Assembly (NCBI GenBank): GCA_037379345.1
Contig: CM074511.1
Location: forward strand, 12,400,001 to 12,464,000
Origin: Perna viridis
Taxonomy: Eukaryota
DNA: 64,000 bases
Direction: 5' to 3'
This document shows positions 41,701 to 52,885 of this stretch, one piece after another. Position numbers and translations under genes: made by a program. Numbering within the stretch: the first letter of the stretch is position 1; each line of letters opens with the position of its first letter. A model generated the notes under the pieces. The model had not been told where the DNA came from and ran no database searches. It saw only the letters and a list, made by a program, of their open reading frames with translations.

Positions 41701-44395
41701 CATCAACACAAACTTCCAGGTAAACACAAGGAATTATGGGTAAGTAGTCTGTCACCACTAACTGTAAACTCTGGAAAGCTGTTTGTATCAACTTCTCCCT
41801 GCAATATATATTTATGGTATTTATTGGTGTTATAAATTACATGTACAGTGCTTGGTGGGGTGTCCCTCCCGTTCAGACTTTAAATGCTAAATATAAAAGT
41901 TTTACATTTGAACGATAATATATCTAAAAAAATATCAAAATTTAAGTTGAGATAAAATGCTTTCATGTAGTTCCAAAAATCTATGAAACAGCAATGCTAG
42001 TTATTGTCAATTTGTATACTATGTTATGTGCTATAGCACTTATATTGCTTTTGCAAATATAGATATTTTATGTTTACCTAATCATGACATTGTTTTGTCA
42101 ACTTGAGAAATATGAATTCGCACATGCTCAAATAAATTGTATGTGGGTGGGAATAAAGGAATTATTTCAATTGTTATTTTTTTTTAAATTCAAGCACTAT
42201 GTATTTTGAGTATTTTTTATAATAACTTTTTATCAACAAATTATTATCAATTAAGTTATAGGAAAAAATCTGCACTATATTGTTATTTTTTTCCTTAGCA
42301 CTTTTCTTTGAATTGAGCCTTGTTCTACTTTCATTTTACGGTGGATGTGATGTTGCACAAAAACATAGGCCACATGGACATTGGTTCCATGAGAATGAGC
42401 TAATATCATTATAATCATGTTTCATAGGTTTCTTCTGTGGCGCTTTGTTTTAAGCCATGTAATGATTTAATTAAAGTGATATCAGTGTAGGTTGCTTGGT
42501 TACAAAGTTTTAATTTTGTTAAAAAATAATGGATTTTTTTCTAGCATTATTACTTTATTTATAAAATCTATTATCTTTTAATATATACAATTGTAACACT
42601 ATATTTTTTGTAACTATTCTCCAGGTTATAGCTTACCCAAATACAACTGGTCACTAATGTATATCATGTTCAAATTTATCTTTAATATGCACCATTAAAC
42701 CCATATCATTCAAAATAACTTTACAACCAAGGACATTCCCTGGATGGTATGGCACCACAAAAATGGAGTCTTCTGCCACAATAACCATGACTGACTACCA
42801 CATCGTGAAAAAGCATGTATCATGCATAGTACCAAAGGTTACCAATGGACTGTCCCCTATGGAAGAGTACTTCTAACCCTGAGCCATCAATGACTTATCC
42901 CTGATCATTTGTAATAGCACCAATCACACTCAACAGTGAGGGCCATCCCTCAAACAAACTGGATAAACTGGAGTTTCCATGATTATTTTTTATTCTATTA
43001 GGACAATTACGGTACATTTTTTACATTTTCATTACCTATTACGGTAACCTTAGACCCACCATATTTGTTCATATTTGGCTGTACTCTTTACACTATATCA
43101 GTTGAAATGGTCGTTAGTGAAACTTGGTGCTTTGTATTATTTATAATGAAGGAAAGAGCGGATCAAGTAGAACAATGTTAGATATGTCAATAGTTGTTTA
43201 CATTATAAGGTCACAGTGTTCACACATGGGCAGGTACAACGATTCATTCATTGACGATTGTTATTTTTGTTTTCATACACGATGGTGCACATGGTGAGTG
43301 CTACTGTGTACGTGTATATATATTTTTTACATAATACAATATAACTTTTCTAAAACTTAATGTTTGATATTTTATCAAATAAGAATTTGATGTTCATTCA
43401 CACTACTGAAATGAATGAAAACAGATGATACACATCAGGTTGTTAAGTGTGTTTTTTCACATGATTTAAGGTGGGCAGTAATTTACTCACACACAAGCAA
43501 TGCCCAATAAGTCGCATGCTGCTCATATAGCAATCGAAAATCAACCACAGTTGTGGTCTCAAAGCCTTTTAAGGACATCATATTAGAGTTAGCTGTGAGA
43601 CATCAGTGACTTACCCCTGATCATTTGTAACAGCACCAATCACACCCAGTACCAAGGGCCATCCATGGACTAGTTTGTCACCATTACTATGCAGTATCTG
43701 TAGTACACATTCTAGCTGTCTCTGTCTTATATCTGGTTGATGTATGTTGGACAGTTCTTGTAATGGACCAAGGATACAGGTCTGTAGTTTCTAGAAAATA
43801 AAATAAATAACATACATGAATTCTGGACAAGTCAGTTGTAAACAGGGATTAAGCCATGTACATCTCACTACATAAAGTGAGCAGAGTTTAAAACAGGGTC
43901 ATAGATGAACTGTAAATTTACCTTAATTTGGGCATGTCATTTTCTATTGTTAGGTGAAATTGTGTTAGTCAGAGGCTTTTTTTTTCATCAGGAACTACAA
44001 TTTGTGCAGCTTTGAAAGATCTGATGAAGAGATTAACAAAAGTTAAGATATATTAAATACATGGATTGCATTTTCAGAGCATCTATGAAAAGAAAAATGA
44101 CTACCATAACTAAGATGTATTGACACCATTGTAATACCAAGATCCAGTGTCAAGTCTTATTAAACTTCAATGTACAGGTTATTTGTATCATTGTTTAATG
44201 ACTAACTAGACACCTCTTTTCCATGACTATTGATACCACTATTAAAATGATAGTGATGTGTTGAGAAAACGGTTATAGACTCACCAGATTTTGATGTAAT
44301 GGTGGGTTGTATGAATAATTTAAAGCAGCTTTGACAAGGGAGGTAACTGCCTCTGCTCCCCAGCATCTCATACCATTGTGAGGATGCTGGCATAC
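5555..44395 (-). CDS. MON2: MON2 homolog (Golgi/endosome trafficking regulator, Sec7/BIG-GBF1-related scaffold); 3' part of gene, 15 exons, 867 aa; 5' part outside window
   Basis: The 15 GT-AG exons have compatible phases and sum to 2604 nt. Peptides recognisable as MON2: [108 protein letters not shown]. Confidence 0.95.
6138..7698. repeat. Long diverged inverted repeat: arms about 6138-6477 and 7323-7698
   Basis: cagagattttattgcattatccaagtatt (6169) pairs with aatacttggttaatgcaataaaatctctg (7618), and agaatggtactta (6465) pairs with taagtaccattct (7323); collinear throughout. Confidence 0.85.
6607..6689 (-). CDS. MON2: MON2 penultimate exon (83 nt, [27 protein letters not shown])
   Basis: TTTTTCAG|A acceptor, A|GTAAGT donor; phase 2-1. 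Confidence 0.9.
7936..8430 (+). mobile_element. SINE-like retroposon insertion with 16-bp target-site duplication
   Basis: TSD taaagactaaatacct at 7920-7935 and 8431-8446. GC-rich body with a gcacgttaaagaaccc core and an atagctgaaatattgct...cgttaaaccccaacaaaca tail, reminiscent of mollusc Meta-type SINEs (from memory, not searched). Confidence 0.8.
8469..9727. repeat. G-rich minisatellite, unit about 25 bp
   Basis: Unit gggaagtggttattaggtctgggga with variants. Confidence 0.95.
9768..9972 (-). CDS. MON2: MON2 exon (205 nt, [25 protein letters not shown]...[12 protein letters not shown])
   Basis: ATTCCAG|AT acceptor, AG|GTATG donor; phase 1-2. Confidence 0.93.
10466..10625. repeat. Short tandem duplication (two copies of about 75 bp)
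   Basis: tctattgagacagagttt...tctgtaaagacaggtttttttatcct occurs at about 10481 and 10555. Confidence 0.75.
12325..12451 (-). CDS. MON2: MON2 exon (127 nt, [34 protein letters not shown]...)
   Basis: TTTTCAG|GTT acceptor, G|GTAAG donor; phase 0-1. Confidence 0.92.
12982..13042 (-). CDS. MON2: MON2 exon (61 nt, [21 protein letters not shown])
   Basis: TATTTCAG|T acceptor, AAG|GTAGG donor; phase 2-0. Confidence 0.9.
13415..13481 (-). CDS. MON2: MON2 exon (67 nt, [22 protein letters not shown])
   Basis: TTTGTTAG|AA acceptor, AG|GTAAA donor; phase 1-2. Confidence 0.9.
13600..13857 (+). repeat. Dispersed repeat family (probably retroposon-derived), longest copy
   Basis: cacctggtccatgctcccagtttttagtggagtc...tgttttccatgtctggtctt...ttcccttgatgactcttt; other copies at 4190, 34728 (inverted) and 35449. 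Confidence 0.75.
14324..14387 (-). mobile_element. Short fragment of the HINE-like family
   Basis: aagtttggttccaattggtcaagtagtttcaggggagaagagttttgaaaaattgttaac is nearly identical to 52762-52821. Confidence 0.7.
14641..14758 (-). CDS. MON2: MON2 exon (118 nt, [26 protein letters not shown]...LPVARRH)
   Basis: TTTTCAG|ACT acceptor, G|GTATGG donor; phase 0-1. Confidence 0.92.
19505..19975. mobile_element. MITE-like element with about 130-bp terminal inverted arms in TA-rich flanks
   Basis: 19505-19634 is the reverse complement of 19833-19975; (TA)n lies immediately left and shortly right. Confidence 0.75.
20628..20767. repeat. 17-bp tandem repeat, about 8 near-perfect copies
   Basis: Unit ctgataatcaaggattc. 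Confidence 0.95.
21528..21739. repeat. 53-bp tandem repeat, 4 copies
   Basis: aactttgactatgacagacc... starts at 21528, 21581, 21634 and 21687. Confidence 0.95.
29961..29974 (+). promoter_or_regulatory. Splice acceptor opening the bZIP coding exon (implies an upstream non-coding 5' exon)
   Basis: tatttctgtttcag|g about 140 nt before the ATG; no ATG in between. Confidence 0.6.
30114..30914 (+). CDS. CES-2/Giant-like PAR-family bZIP transcription factor (266 aa, single coding exon), nested antisense in MON2 intron 14759-34995
   Basis: C-terminal basic region and zipper [63 protein letters not shown] is typical of PAR/CES-2/Giant bZIPs, with a Ser/His/Asn-rich N-terminus. First ATG is at 30114 (gcaATGc), with an in-frame upstream TAA at 30021-30023; the track's GTG start at 30075 is unlikely. 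Confidence 0.92.
   Translation: MQDPYSMMHRDDRFFKPYNQPSSSSSRFSNMSASSSSYYGMHYPSHTITQSDLSGSLDFSQFPAGVEGLMTSSPTTHTMPNPIPAHSSNNMSTLPTDSLSPDSSNNPPTTLSLSHNHHSSSGSPTMDVLDVLNSHSSSPIDDKTSIKKKETDFNTNTELSSPSSTTSNHSSQHDSNNAECDGEGDNNMPPKKRQNSSQDSQRDSAYWEKRKKNNESAKRSREARRMKEEQIALRVVYLEQENLQLRTEVSLLKGEIEKLRCMLYNP
32292..32308 (+). terminator. Tandem AATAAA polyadenylation signals, candidate 3' end of the bZIP gene (3' UTR about 1.4 kb)
   Basis: taataaatatgcaataaatc. Confidence 0.5.
33923..34082. repeat. Highly degenerate tandem repeat, unit about 32 bp, about 5 copies
   Basis: Recurring aaacac...gtRgcatgRgaa...cca..tt pattern. Confidence 0.5.
34728..34922 (-). repeat. Inverted copy of the same dispersed repeat
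   Basis: Reverse complement of about 13652-13857. Confidence 0.78.
34996..35124 (-). CDS. MON2: MON2 exon (129 nt, [23 protein letters not shown]...HILK)
   Basis: AACAG|GTT acceptor, AAG|GTAAT donor; phase 0-0. Confidence 0.92.
35449..35592 (+). repeat. Degenerate copy of the same dispersed repeat
   Basis: gagttgct...tgtgtgtctgttttccttgtctggtcttt...cttggttcccttgattactcttt. Confidence 0.65.
35784..35927 (-). CDS. MON2: MON2 exon (144 nt, [21 protein letters not shown]...KGPS)
   Basis: TTTTACAG|GCA acceptor, TCG|GTAGG donor; phase 0-0. Confidence 0.88.
38458..39062. repeat. 23-bp G-rich minisatellite
   Basis: Unit ggggatcctgtggagtgagtcta. Confidence 0.93.
39410..40005 (-). CDS. MON2: MON2 exon (596 nt, [15 protein letters not shown]...[15 protein letters not shown]...[14 protein letters not shown])
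   Basis: TACAG|GT acceptor, AAA|GTAAGT donor; contains most of ORF 39278-39934. Confidence 0.94.
40420..40618 (-). CDS. MON2: MON2 exon (199 nt, VLFPLL...[27 protein letters not shown]...)
   Basis: TTTTACAG|GTT acceptor, ATAG|GTCTG donor; phase 0-1. Confidence 0.92.
41041..41301 (-). CDS. MON2: MON2 exon (261 nt, [12 protein letters not shown]...[19 protein letters not shown]...VLWQ)
   Basis: TTTCAG|TGG acceptor, CAG|GTAAG donor; overlaps ORF 41011-41208. Confidence 0.93.
41636..41798 (-). CDS. MON2: MON2 exon (163 nt, [20 protein letters not shown]...[12 protein letters not shown])
   Basis: TGCAG|G acceptor, TTG|GTAAAA donor; phase 2-0. Confidence 0.92.
42880..42948 (-). pseudogene. Decayed duplicate of the 3' end of MON2 exon 43615-43790
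   Basis: tgacttatccctgatcatttgtaatagcaccaatcacac vs authentic tgacttacccctgatcatttgtaacagcaccaatcacac; donor GT changed to AT. Confidence 0.8.
43615..43790 (-). CDS. MON2: MON2 exon (176 nt, [33 protein letters not shown]...[17 protein letters not shown])
   Basis: TTTCTAG|AAA acceptor, GG|GTAAGT donor; phase 0-2. Confidence 0.92.
44285..44395 (-). CDS. MON2: MON2 exon (111 nt, [25 protein letters not shown]...QNL); first exon visible in window
   Basis: TGTAG|GTA acceptor, CTG|GTGAG donor; phase 0-0. Confidence 0.9.
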
Positions 44396-46789
44396 CTACA
44401 AAATCATTACATATACAAATTATAAAAAATAAGATATTACTCATAATATTAATTGATTAAAAATAAATATATCACTACAGTAACTGATAATTTTTTTGTA
44501 TTAAGAATCTTAAACAACTTATAACTTTATATTAACAATTTTTCCATGAACACATAAATAAAAAATAAAGTTTGTATTTATTTCATTAATAATGTAATTG
44601 TACATTGTAAAAATTTATGGACGAAACATTTAAGTAATAACTTTTTAATTCTGACATGAAGATCTAAAATTAAAAATTGCCTGAAACATAAAATATCATC
44701 ATTCAAAAACATGTGACAATTAAACTAAATAAATACATAAACATAAATAAATAGACAATAAAATTAAGACATAATTGAACATAAATGAGAAGAAATGCCT
44801 GATATCTTATCAAAAATTCATTTCAAATTATGTTTTATTAAGCCAGTCCTTTGGAAACACCTGTAATAAACGAAGAATATAAGACATTATATCATACATA
44901 TATCAATATAATGAAGAAATGATATTCTATACAAGAATTGTGTCAACTATAACGGAAATAAGATATTCATATTAACATTGACAAATATTGAGAAATAAAA
45001 CTTCACAATGGTGCCTATAAATATGCTTCTGTGACATTGTAGCCATAAAGAGAAGTTAGCAGTAAGTCACTTATGGAAATTGAAGATTAGCCAAGTTTTT
45101 GTGTTTTCACTAGATCAAAAATCTTCGTTAAATACTTCCATACAGTATTATAACTAAAAACATACCTAATAACTCCATATCTGTCATGTTTAGTTCCTCC
45201 AGAAACTGATGATTTTCTTGGAGCGATCAACATTCTGAAGAAGAAAAAAGCAGACATTCTAAATTCTTCTGGAAATGCAAGTCTAACACATTGGCAGTTT
45301 AATGTAACAATGTGTCCTAACCCATCATCGATAATTCAAACCTGAAAACAGGATATCATAGAAGCATTGCAGCTACAGTTGTGGGAAATATGTAAAGTGC
45401 TCTCCTTGACTGTAAGTAAAAAAATGCAGAGTTTTGGAAGTAAAAGGAACCCCTTTTGAAACCCAATGATTTCTTCCCTTCCTGTTAGAAATTCATTATC
45501 TTTCAATACTTTCCACTGAACAGTACCAGTATTCTTATACAACAAGAAATTTCTAACACTTTTAGATAAAATCCCAGATCTTTAATAAGGACTTATGTAA
45601 GAACCTATTAATTGGAGTGAAGCAAGAAAACAAGTTGACATGATATAGAAGAGCAGTAGACTCCAGTTACACTTTAACTGACTGAATACAATAATGTCTA
45701 TCCACAGTATTATTTCAATTACAACTCAATGCAACTTGTTTAAACCATCAGCTGTGGAATATAGGGTTACTGCATGGATATTGGAGAATACTGTCCCAGC
45801 AAGCATTCTGTGTTGCACAAAATTGCAAGAACAATAAAGATAATAGAGTAAAAATTAAATTGTGGTTAAGATGATGGTTACTTATCATCAGAAGCTATAT
45901 TTATACTTGTGCAATATGGCGCAGACTTTGTCCCTTTCTGTGATAAATATTATGATGATAATAAATTGTAAGTAAAAAACTGACACTAATATTTTCCATT
46001 AATGTTTAAAAAGAAACATCAACAAGAACTCAACAAAAATATTTAATCTTGACTAAGGAAACGATTTCATATTCTAGTCTTCAGAACAAGTTTATGACAG
46101 TTTTTAACAAATACAAATAAAAAATGGAAAATTTATAATGGTATTTGAAAGAGATTTTCAATAAATCCAAACATCGCCTATACATCTGATGATAAATGAC
46201 AGTAACGAAATTGAGAAAAGTCTTAAATAATCTATTTCATCACTTAGAAAAAATATGAATATATTTTATTACAGAAACTGGTGATAAATCCTCACTTTAA
46301 ATCTCAAAGCAATATCGCCATATGAAACCATATCTGGTATCCATTTCATTGAAAAATTAGCATTTATTCAGCATGTTGATGGCATAAAAATAACTTAAAT
46401 TACCATTTTTCATGAAAAATCACCAATAAGGGATGACACCAAGAGAGGAGTTTTCCATAAATCTATATCTTCCTGGTCTTTAGTGATATCATTGAAGACA
46501 ATAGTTCCATTTGTCTGAAAATAAATGAAACGATATGAAAAACTGTTGTCATAAAGAGAAAAGAATATAAATCATTTATATACATTATGCTGTCTATGTT
46601 TGTAAATTCATAAAACATAAAGTGGGATTAATTTGTACAATAAAAACATTGTATAGGAATGAATGAAGTACAAAAACATAGGGGAATTTGTTAAAAGGTT
46701 AAATTTATGTCGATAACTGCAGGATGAAACATTTTATGAATCAAACAGACCCTGCTTATTTCTAGTCATGATCCATTACATATACTATA

Positions 46790-48834
46790 TTATACGTGCT
46801 CATAGAAGCATTAGTCTACTGTAAGACAAATTTCATCATGCACGCTCATAGAAGCATCAGTTCACAGGAAGACATACTTCATCATGCATGCTCACAGAAG
46901 CATCAGTCAAATGGAAATAAGGGTAACAACAAAATTACCAAACACTAATCCTGGAAGACATACTTCATCATGCATGCTTATAGAAGCATAAGTTCACAGG
47001 AAGACATACTTCATCATGCATGCTCATAGAAGCATCAGTTCACAGGAAGACATACTATATCAGGCATGCTCATAGAAGCATCAGTTCACAGGAAGACATA
47101 CTTCATCATGCATGCTCATAGAAGCATCAGTTCACAGGAAGACATACTTCATCATGCACGCTCATAGAAGCATCAGTTCACAGGAAGACATACTTCATCA
47201 TGCATGCTCACAGAAGCATCAGTCAAATGGAAATAAGGGTAACAACAAAATTACCAAACACTAATCCTGGAAGACATACTTCATCATGCATGCTCATAGA
47301 AGCATCAGTTCACAGGAAGACATACTTCATCATGCATGCTCATAGAAGCATCAGTTCACAGGAAGACATACTATATCAGGCATGCTCATAGAAGCATCAG
47401 TTCACAGGAAGACATACTTCATCATGCATGCTCATAGAAGCATCAGTTCACAGGAAGACATACTTCATCATGCACGCTCATAGAAGCATCAGTTCACAGG
47501 AAGACATACTTCATCATGCATGCTCACAGAAGCATCAGTCAAATGGAAATAAGGGTAACAACAAAATTACCAAACACTAATCCTGGAAGACATACTTCAT
47601 CATGCATGCTCATAGAAGCATCAGTTCACAGGAAGACATACTTCATCACGCATGCTCATAGAAGCATCAGTTCACAGGAAGACATACTTCATCATGCATG
47701 CTCACAGAAGCATCAGTTCACAGGAAGACATACTTCATCATGCATGCTCATAGAAGCATCAGTTCACAGGAAGACATACTATATCAGGCATGCTCATAGA
47801 AGTAACAGTCCATTGGAAGACATACTTCATTATGCACTCTCATGGAAGTAACAGTTCACAGGAAGACATACTTCATCATGTGTGCTCATAGAAGTAACAG
47901 TTCACAGGAAGACATACTTCATCATGTGTGCTCAAAAAAGCAACAGTCCACATGAAGACATTCTTCATCATGCATGCTCACAGAAGCATCAATCCACAGG
48001 AAGACATACTTTATCACTGATGCCCACAGAAGCAAAAGTCTACTGGAAGACATACTTCATCATGCATGCTCACAAAAGCATCAGTCAAATGGAAATAAGG
48101 GTAACAACAAAATTACCAAACACTAATCCTGGAAGACATACTTCATCATGCATGCTCATAGAAGCATCAGTTCACAGGAAGACATACTTCATCATGCACG
48201 CTCATAGAAGTATCAGTCTACTGGAAGACATACTTCATCATGCATGCTCACAGAAGCATCAGTCAAATGGAAATAAGGGTAACAACAAAATTACCAAACA
48301 CTAATCCTGGAAGACATACTTCATCATGCATGCTCATAGAAGCATAAGTTCACAGGAAGACATACTTCATCATGCATGCTCATAGAAGCATCAGTTCACA
48401 GGAAGACATACTTCATCATGCATGCTCATAGAAGCATCAGGTCACAGGAAGACATACTTCATCATGCATGCTCACAGAAGCATCAGTTCACAGGAAGACA
48501 TACTATATCAGGCATGCTCATAGAAGCATCAGTTCACAGGAAGACATACTTCATCATGCATGCTCATAGAAGCATCAGTTCACAGGAAGACATACTTCAT
48601 CATGCACGCTCATAGAAGCATCAGTTCACAGGAAGACATACTTCATCATGCATGCTCACAGAAGCATCAGTCAAATGGAAATAAGGGTAACAACAAAATT
48701 ACCAAACACTAATCCTGGAAGACATACTTCATCATGTATGCTCATAGAAGCATAAGTTCACAGGAAGACATACTTCATCATGCATGCTCATAGAAGTAAC
48801 AGTCCACTGGAAGACATATTTTATCATGCATGCT
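46790..48834. repeat. 46-bp satellite with six interspersed 86-bp variant units (higher-order repeat)
   Basis: Unit catagaagcatcagttcacaggaagacatacttcatcatgcatgct; insert caaatggaaataagggtaacaacaaaattaccaaacactaatcc. Confidence 0.95.
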
Positions 48835-48929
48835 GCTACAGCCAATGGGAAGACAAACTTAACAAACTTAACAAAATGTTCTAACTCCATTTAAACTGGT
48901 CACCATGCTCATTTCTGTCAGAAGAAAGT

Positions 48930-49370
48930 TGGACTGAGGCCTGATCCAATCTTTACAGATGAAGGATGGACTGAGGCCTGATCCAATTTTTACAGATGAA
49001 GAATGGACTGAGGCTTGATCCAATCTTTATAGATGAAGGTTGGACTGAGACTTAATCCAATCTTTACAAATCTTTACAGATGAAGGATGGACTGAGTCCT
49101 AATCCAATCTTTACAGATGAAGGTTGGACTGAGGCCTGATCCAATCTTTACAGATGAAGGATGGACTGAGGCTTGATCCAATTTTTACAGATGAAGGTTG
49201 GACTGAGACTTAATCCAATCTATATAGATGAAAGATGGACTGAGGCTTGATCCAATCTTTATAGATGAATGATGGACTGAGGCTTGATCCAATCTTTATA
49301 GATGAAGGATGGACTGAGGCTTGATCCAATCTTATAGATGAAGGATGGACTGAGGCTTGATCCAATCTTT
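48930..49370. repeat. 37-bp minisatellite, about 11-12 copies
   Basis: Unit ggactgaggcctgatccaatctttacagatgaaggat. Confidence 0.93.
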
Positions 49371-52040
49371 AACATGGTAAAGGTATTGAGCAAATAACCT
49401 TGCAATCTTAAGGAACTTGTACAGGCAGTTGAAAAATGAAGTTTTTATAGAAATGAACCATTACAGAGGATATTGTATACTAGTCCAGTCAATAGATGAG
49501 TATGGTACAATACTAAGAATTACATTCACTAGTTAAAGAGAAATATAAAATAGAAGAGAAAATTGAGTCCAAATCTTAAAAAAATAGGCAGCTACAAATG
49601 CAAGAGTTGTTGATTACTACTGTCTAAAAACAGAAATACATAGTTTATACACAGTCAATCAACAAACCAAACCTCAGTAATAGAGGAGAATGATATTTAC
49701 TTGGATTTGGGCACCTGTCATATGTAATGTACAAAATAAGCTGAACATTGTCTACAGCTGCCTACTTTACAATACATTATAATTCATTAATCTAAAGGAT
49801 ACCCAATCAGGAAGTTCACAGTAATTATTTTCCAGCATCTGTTTACAAATGAATAAAGTAGTGTCATTACAAACATGGACTATGTATAGTCACAGACAAC
49901 CCTATAGATGCATCCATTTGAACAGATTAACATTGAGGAAACAACAGCCATGCTGATTTAACAAAATGACAAAAACAAAATCTGTTTATAAAACATAGTT
50001 AAAATTGTAAACAAACAAATTTGTGAAGGATAAGGAAATCCATTCAGTGGGGTTGACATTGTAATCTCCTTAAATTGATTTTTAGAGAACAAGATGCAGA
50101 CATGTGACAATAACTGTTGATTATGGTGACAGGCACTTCAAACTTGAATTCAAGGATGTTTCAGAGTTGTAGTACAGCTTACAATGCTATTATTGGGTGT
50201 ATTGTGCTGACTAAACAATAAGAAATATGTAAAGTAAATGAAATTTATTCTATAGATTAGCAGTGATTTATTGATTGTTCTCTTAGTAAAACAATTTGAA
50301 TATAATTCACACAAAAATAAATTCAGTAAATTCACTCGAGGACTTTCTTCCAGCCAAAAATGTCACAATGTAAATATTAATATGCCGATCCCAAAATTAA
50401 AATTTATGTTGAAAACAGTATTAAATGAAGGAAGAAAAATCCATATAATACATAGGATCATCAATTAGTTATCGTGAATATGATCACTCATTCAAAGAAG
50501 GCTTAAAGACTTTACTTGTGTGTGGAACAAGTTCTCATACCTCTTTAATTCTTAGCGTTCTTTGGCACTCATGATCGGGTTTTGGTTATTAAGTCTTTCT
50601 AATTAATTATCTCATTATTCTCTTATTTCTGGTAAATTTTCATGTTTTCTCACCAATGTGAGAACAAAATAATTTCCTCTCTAGTGAACTTATTGTTCTC
50701 GGCAGATAATTGGTTGGAATTCCATTGCAACCCCATCAAGCTGCTGTACTTTAGGCTACAAACCACGGATTCAGATTCCCATTACCCTCTATGATGATTT
50801 GCTCATTTTCAGGGGATCCTCAGTAGTTTACCTTAAGTTTAACCTCACCAAAACCATATATCACATGAAACATACAAATGTACTGCTATGTCACTCAAAA
50901 TTTCACAAGGGGTTTACTACCTTGCAGTGCCGGACTGACACTCAGAACTCATCTACCCTAAAAATAGCCTGGGGAATCCTAAAACTTCTTTATTTAGACC
51001 ATCTTTATTTATAGTTCCACCAAATTAGTTTATTTAAGTTTGAGGCAGCATACTTTGGGCTCAAAATTATCAGAATAAAATTCCCTTTATGAAAAAAGTT
51101 CATTCATTTAAAAATTCATGTATTGTCAACTTTTTTTATTATGGCATGCTAAAGGGACTACTTTGTACCTTGGCGTAGGACTTTTTTTGCGTACTTCCAA
51201 ATTGGTGATGCAATTTGTGGTCTGTAACCTAAAGAGATGTTTCCTTACTTCCAAAAATAAAAACATTCATTCGGTTCAACCATTAGAATATTTTGAACAT
51301 ATTTACCAACTTTCAGACAGTTTAAATGGGTATTTTCTGAAAAAATGTAGTTTTTATAGGATATCAGAGTTGCGGGGCCTTAAAAACTGCAAACTGGCCT
51401 ATCAAGAAACAGGGCCTGGGTGTTTTCTTATATCTTGTTTTAATGAACTCATGAATGTAACATTAAATTCCTTTATGCATAAAGGAGAGAACTGATCTTC
51501 AATTGTAAATTTTGTTACTGTGGTTTTATTATTTTTTGTGGGGTATGGTGTAATTGTCCACAAGTTTACTTTTTTCAGCAATCTTTTGAGTGTGGCAGTC
51601 GGCAAGGGCACCTTGTTACCTTCTTCCTGTTTTTGACATTTTCTAACTGAAAAGGTAACTAGGAGACAATATTATGCAGTGGAGGAATAAAGCTTGGCAT
51701 TATTTGACACCCTTTATCTGTAGAAAGTTTAGTTGCAGGACGAAATTGTTTATTAACACTTATTAGCCTCATGGCTACCTGTGTTATTTAATGTCAGCAT
51801 TACCATAAATACATCGTAGAATGACATTTGAAACCCTCAGCTGTTTTAATCTCTTCACTGTTAAAAGATGACTTTTGTTTAACTAACAAGAACAAATGGG
51901 AGTCATAATTACCCAATTAATGTATCATGTAACTAACAGTTATTCAGTCTGAATTGTAAGAGTTGTGAAACACATATTGCAAAAAACTAAATGCAAACGG
52001 AATGATTGTTTTTAATCTCTAGCAGGAAAAAAAAAAAAAA

Positions 52041-52885
52041 ACAATAGGCTCCCAGGAGCCTGAATTGCTCATCTGGTTGAATTTTGTCTTTCAAGGGCAG
52101 TAAATTTAAGAGCAATTTCTATCTATCGTAGTTCTCAAGATATTAGCTGAAAATTGTAAAAAAAAACTGTCATTTTTCCCTTTTCAAGGGCAATAACTCT
52201 TAAAAGGAATCATCTGACAACTTTTTTCCCTGAAGACTTTTGTAGTCCTAATAATATGGATCATTCTGCTATTGAAAGAATTTATTTAAACCTAACGGTT
52301 TTGGGGATATTTTATGCAAAAAACTACTGTCTGACCCCTATGTTTTGTTTTTAGTAACAGCGGCCATTTTTTTGGACAGATATCCCCAAATCAGTTCTAT
52401 GTAGGATACCCCAAAGAACATTCACACCAAGTTTGGTTCCAATTGGTTAAGTAGTGTCAGAGAAGAAGATTTTTTAGAGAAATAAAAAAAAAAAAAATAG
52501 CAAAAAACTTTGAAAAAGGGCAATAACTCCAACACGGCTTAATGGATTAAAATGAAAATTTGACCACAGATAGATCTCATCATGCTGAACACTTTTACCC
52601 CCATGTCAGAATTTGGCTAAACCTAACTGTTTTGGAGATATATGTGAAAAACTACTGTCTGACCCCTATGTTCTTTTTTTAGTAACAGTGCCCAGGTTTT
52701 TTGACGGATCAAAAATCCCCATATCAGTTCTATGCAGGATACCCTAAGGAACATTCATACCAAGTTTGGTTCCAATTGGTCAAGTAGTTTCAGAGGAGAA
52801 GAGTTTTGAAAAATTGTTAACAACGACAATGACAGACTCCAAGTGATGGCAATAGCTCACATGGCCTTTGGCCAGGTGAGCTTAA
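52041..52885 (-). mobile_element. Complete copy of the same HINE-like family, reverse orientation
   Basis: Reverse complement of both termini (aggctcccaggagcctgaattgctcatctgg ... atagctcacatggcctttggccaggtgagct) plus internal units matching 1-2217. Confidence 0.78.

Noticed and set aside
46790-48834. CRISPR-like appearance (repeats interrupted by inserts)
   Set aside because: The inserts are identical rather than unique spacers, most units are directly adjacent, there are no cas genes, and the context is a eukaryotic intron.
50700-51650. Possible decayed transposase or reverse transcriptase fragment (slightly GC-richer, ORFs on both strands)
   Set aside because: No DDE, RT or other catalytic motif could be recognised; a translated search is needed.
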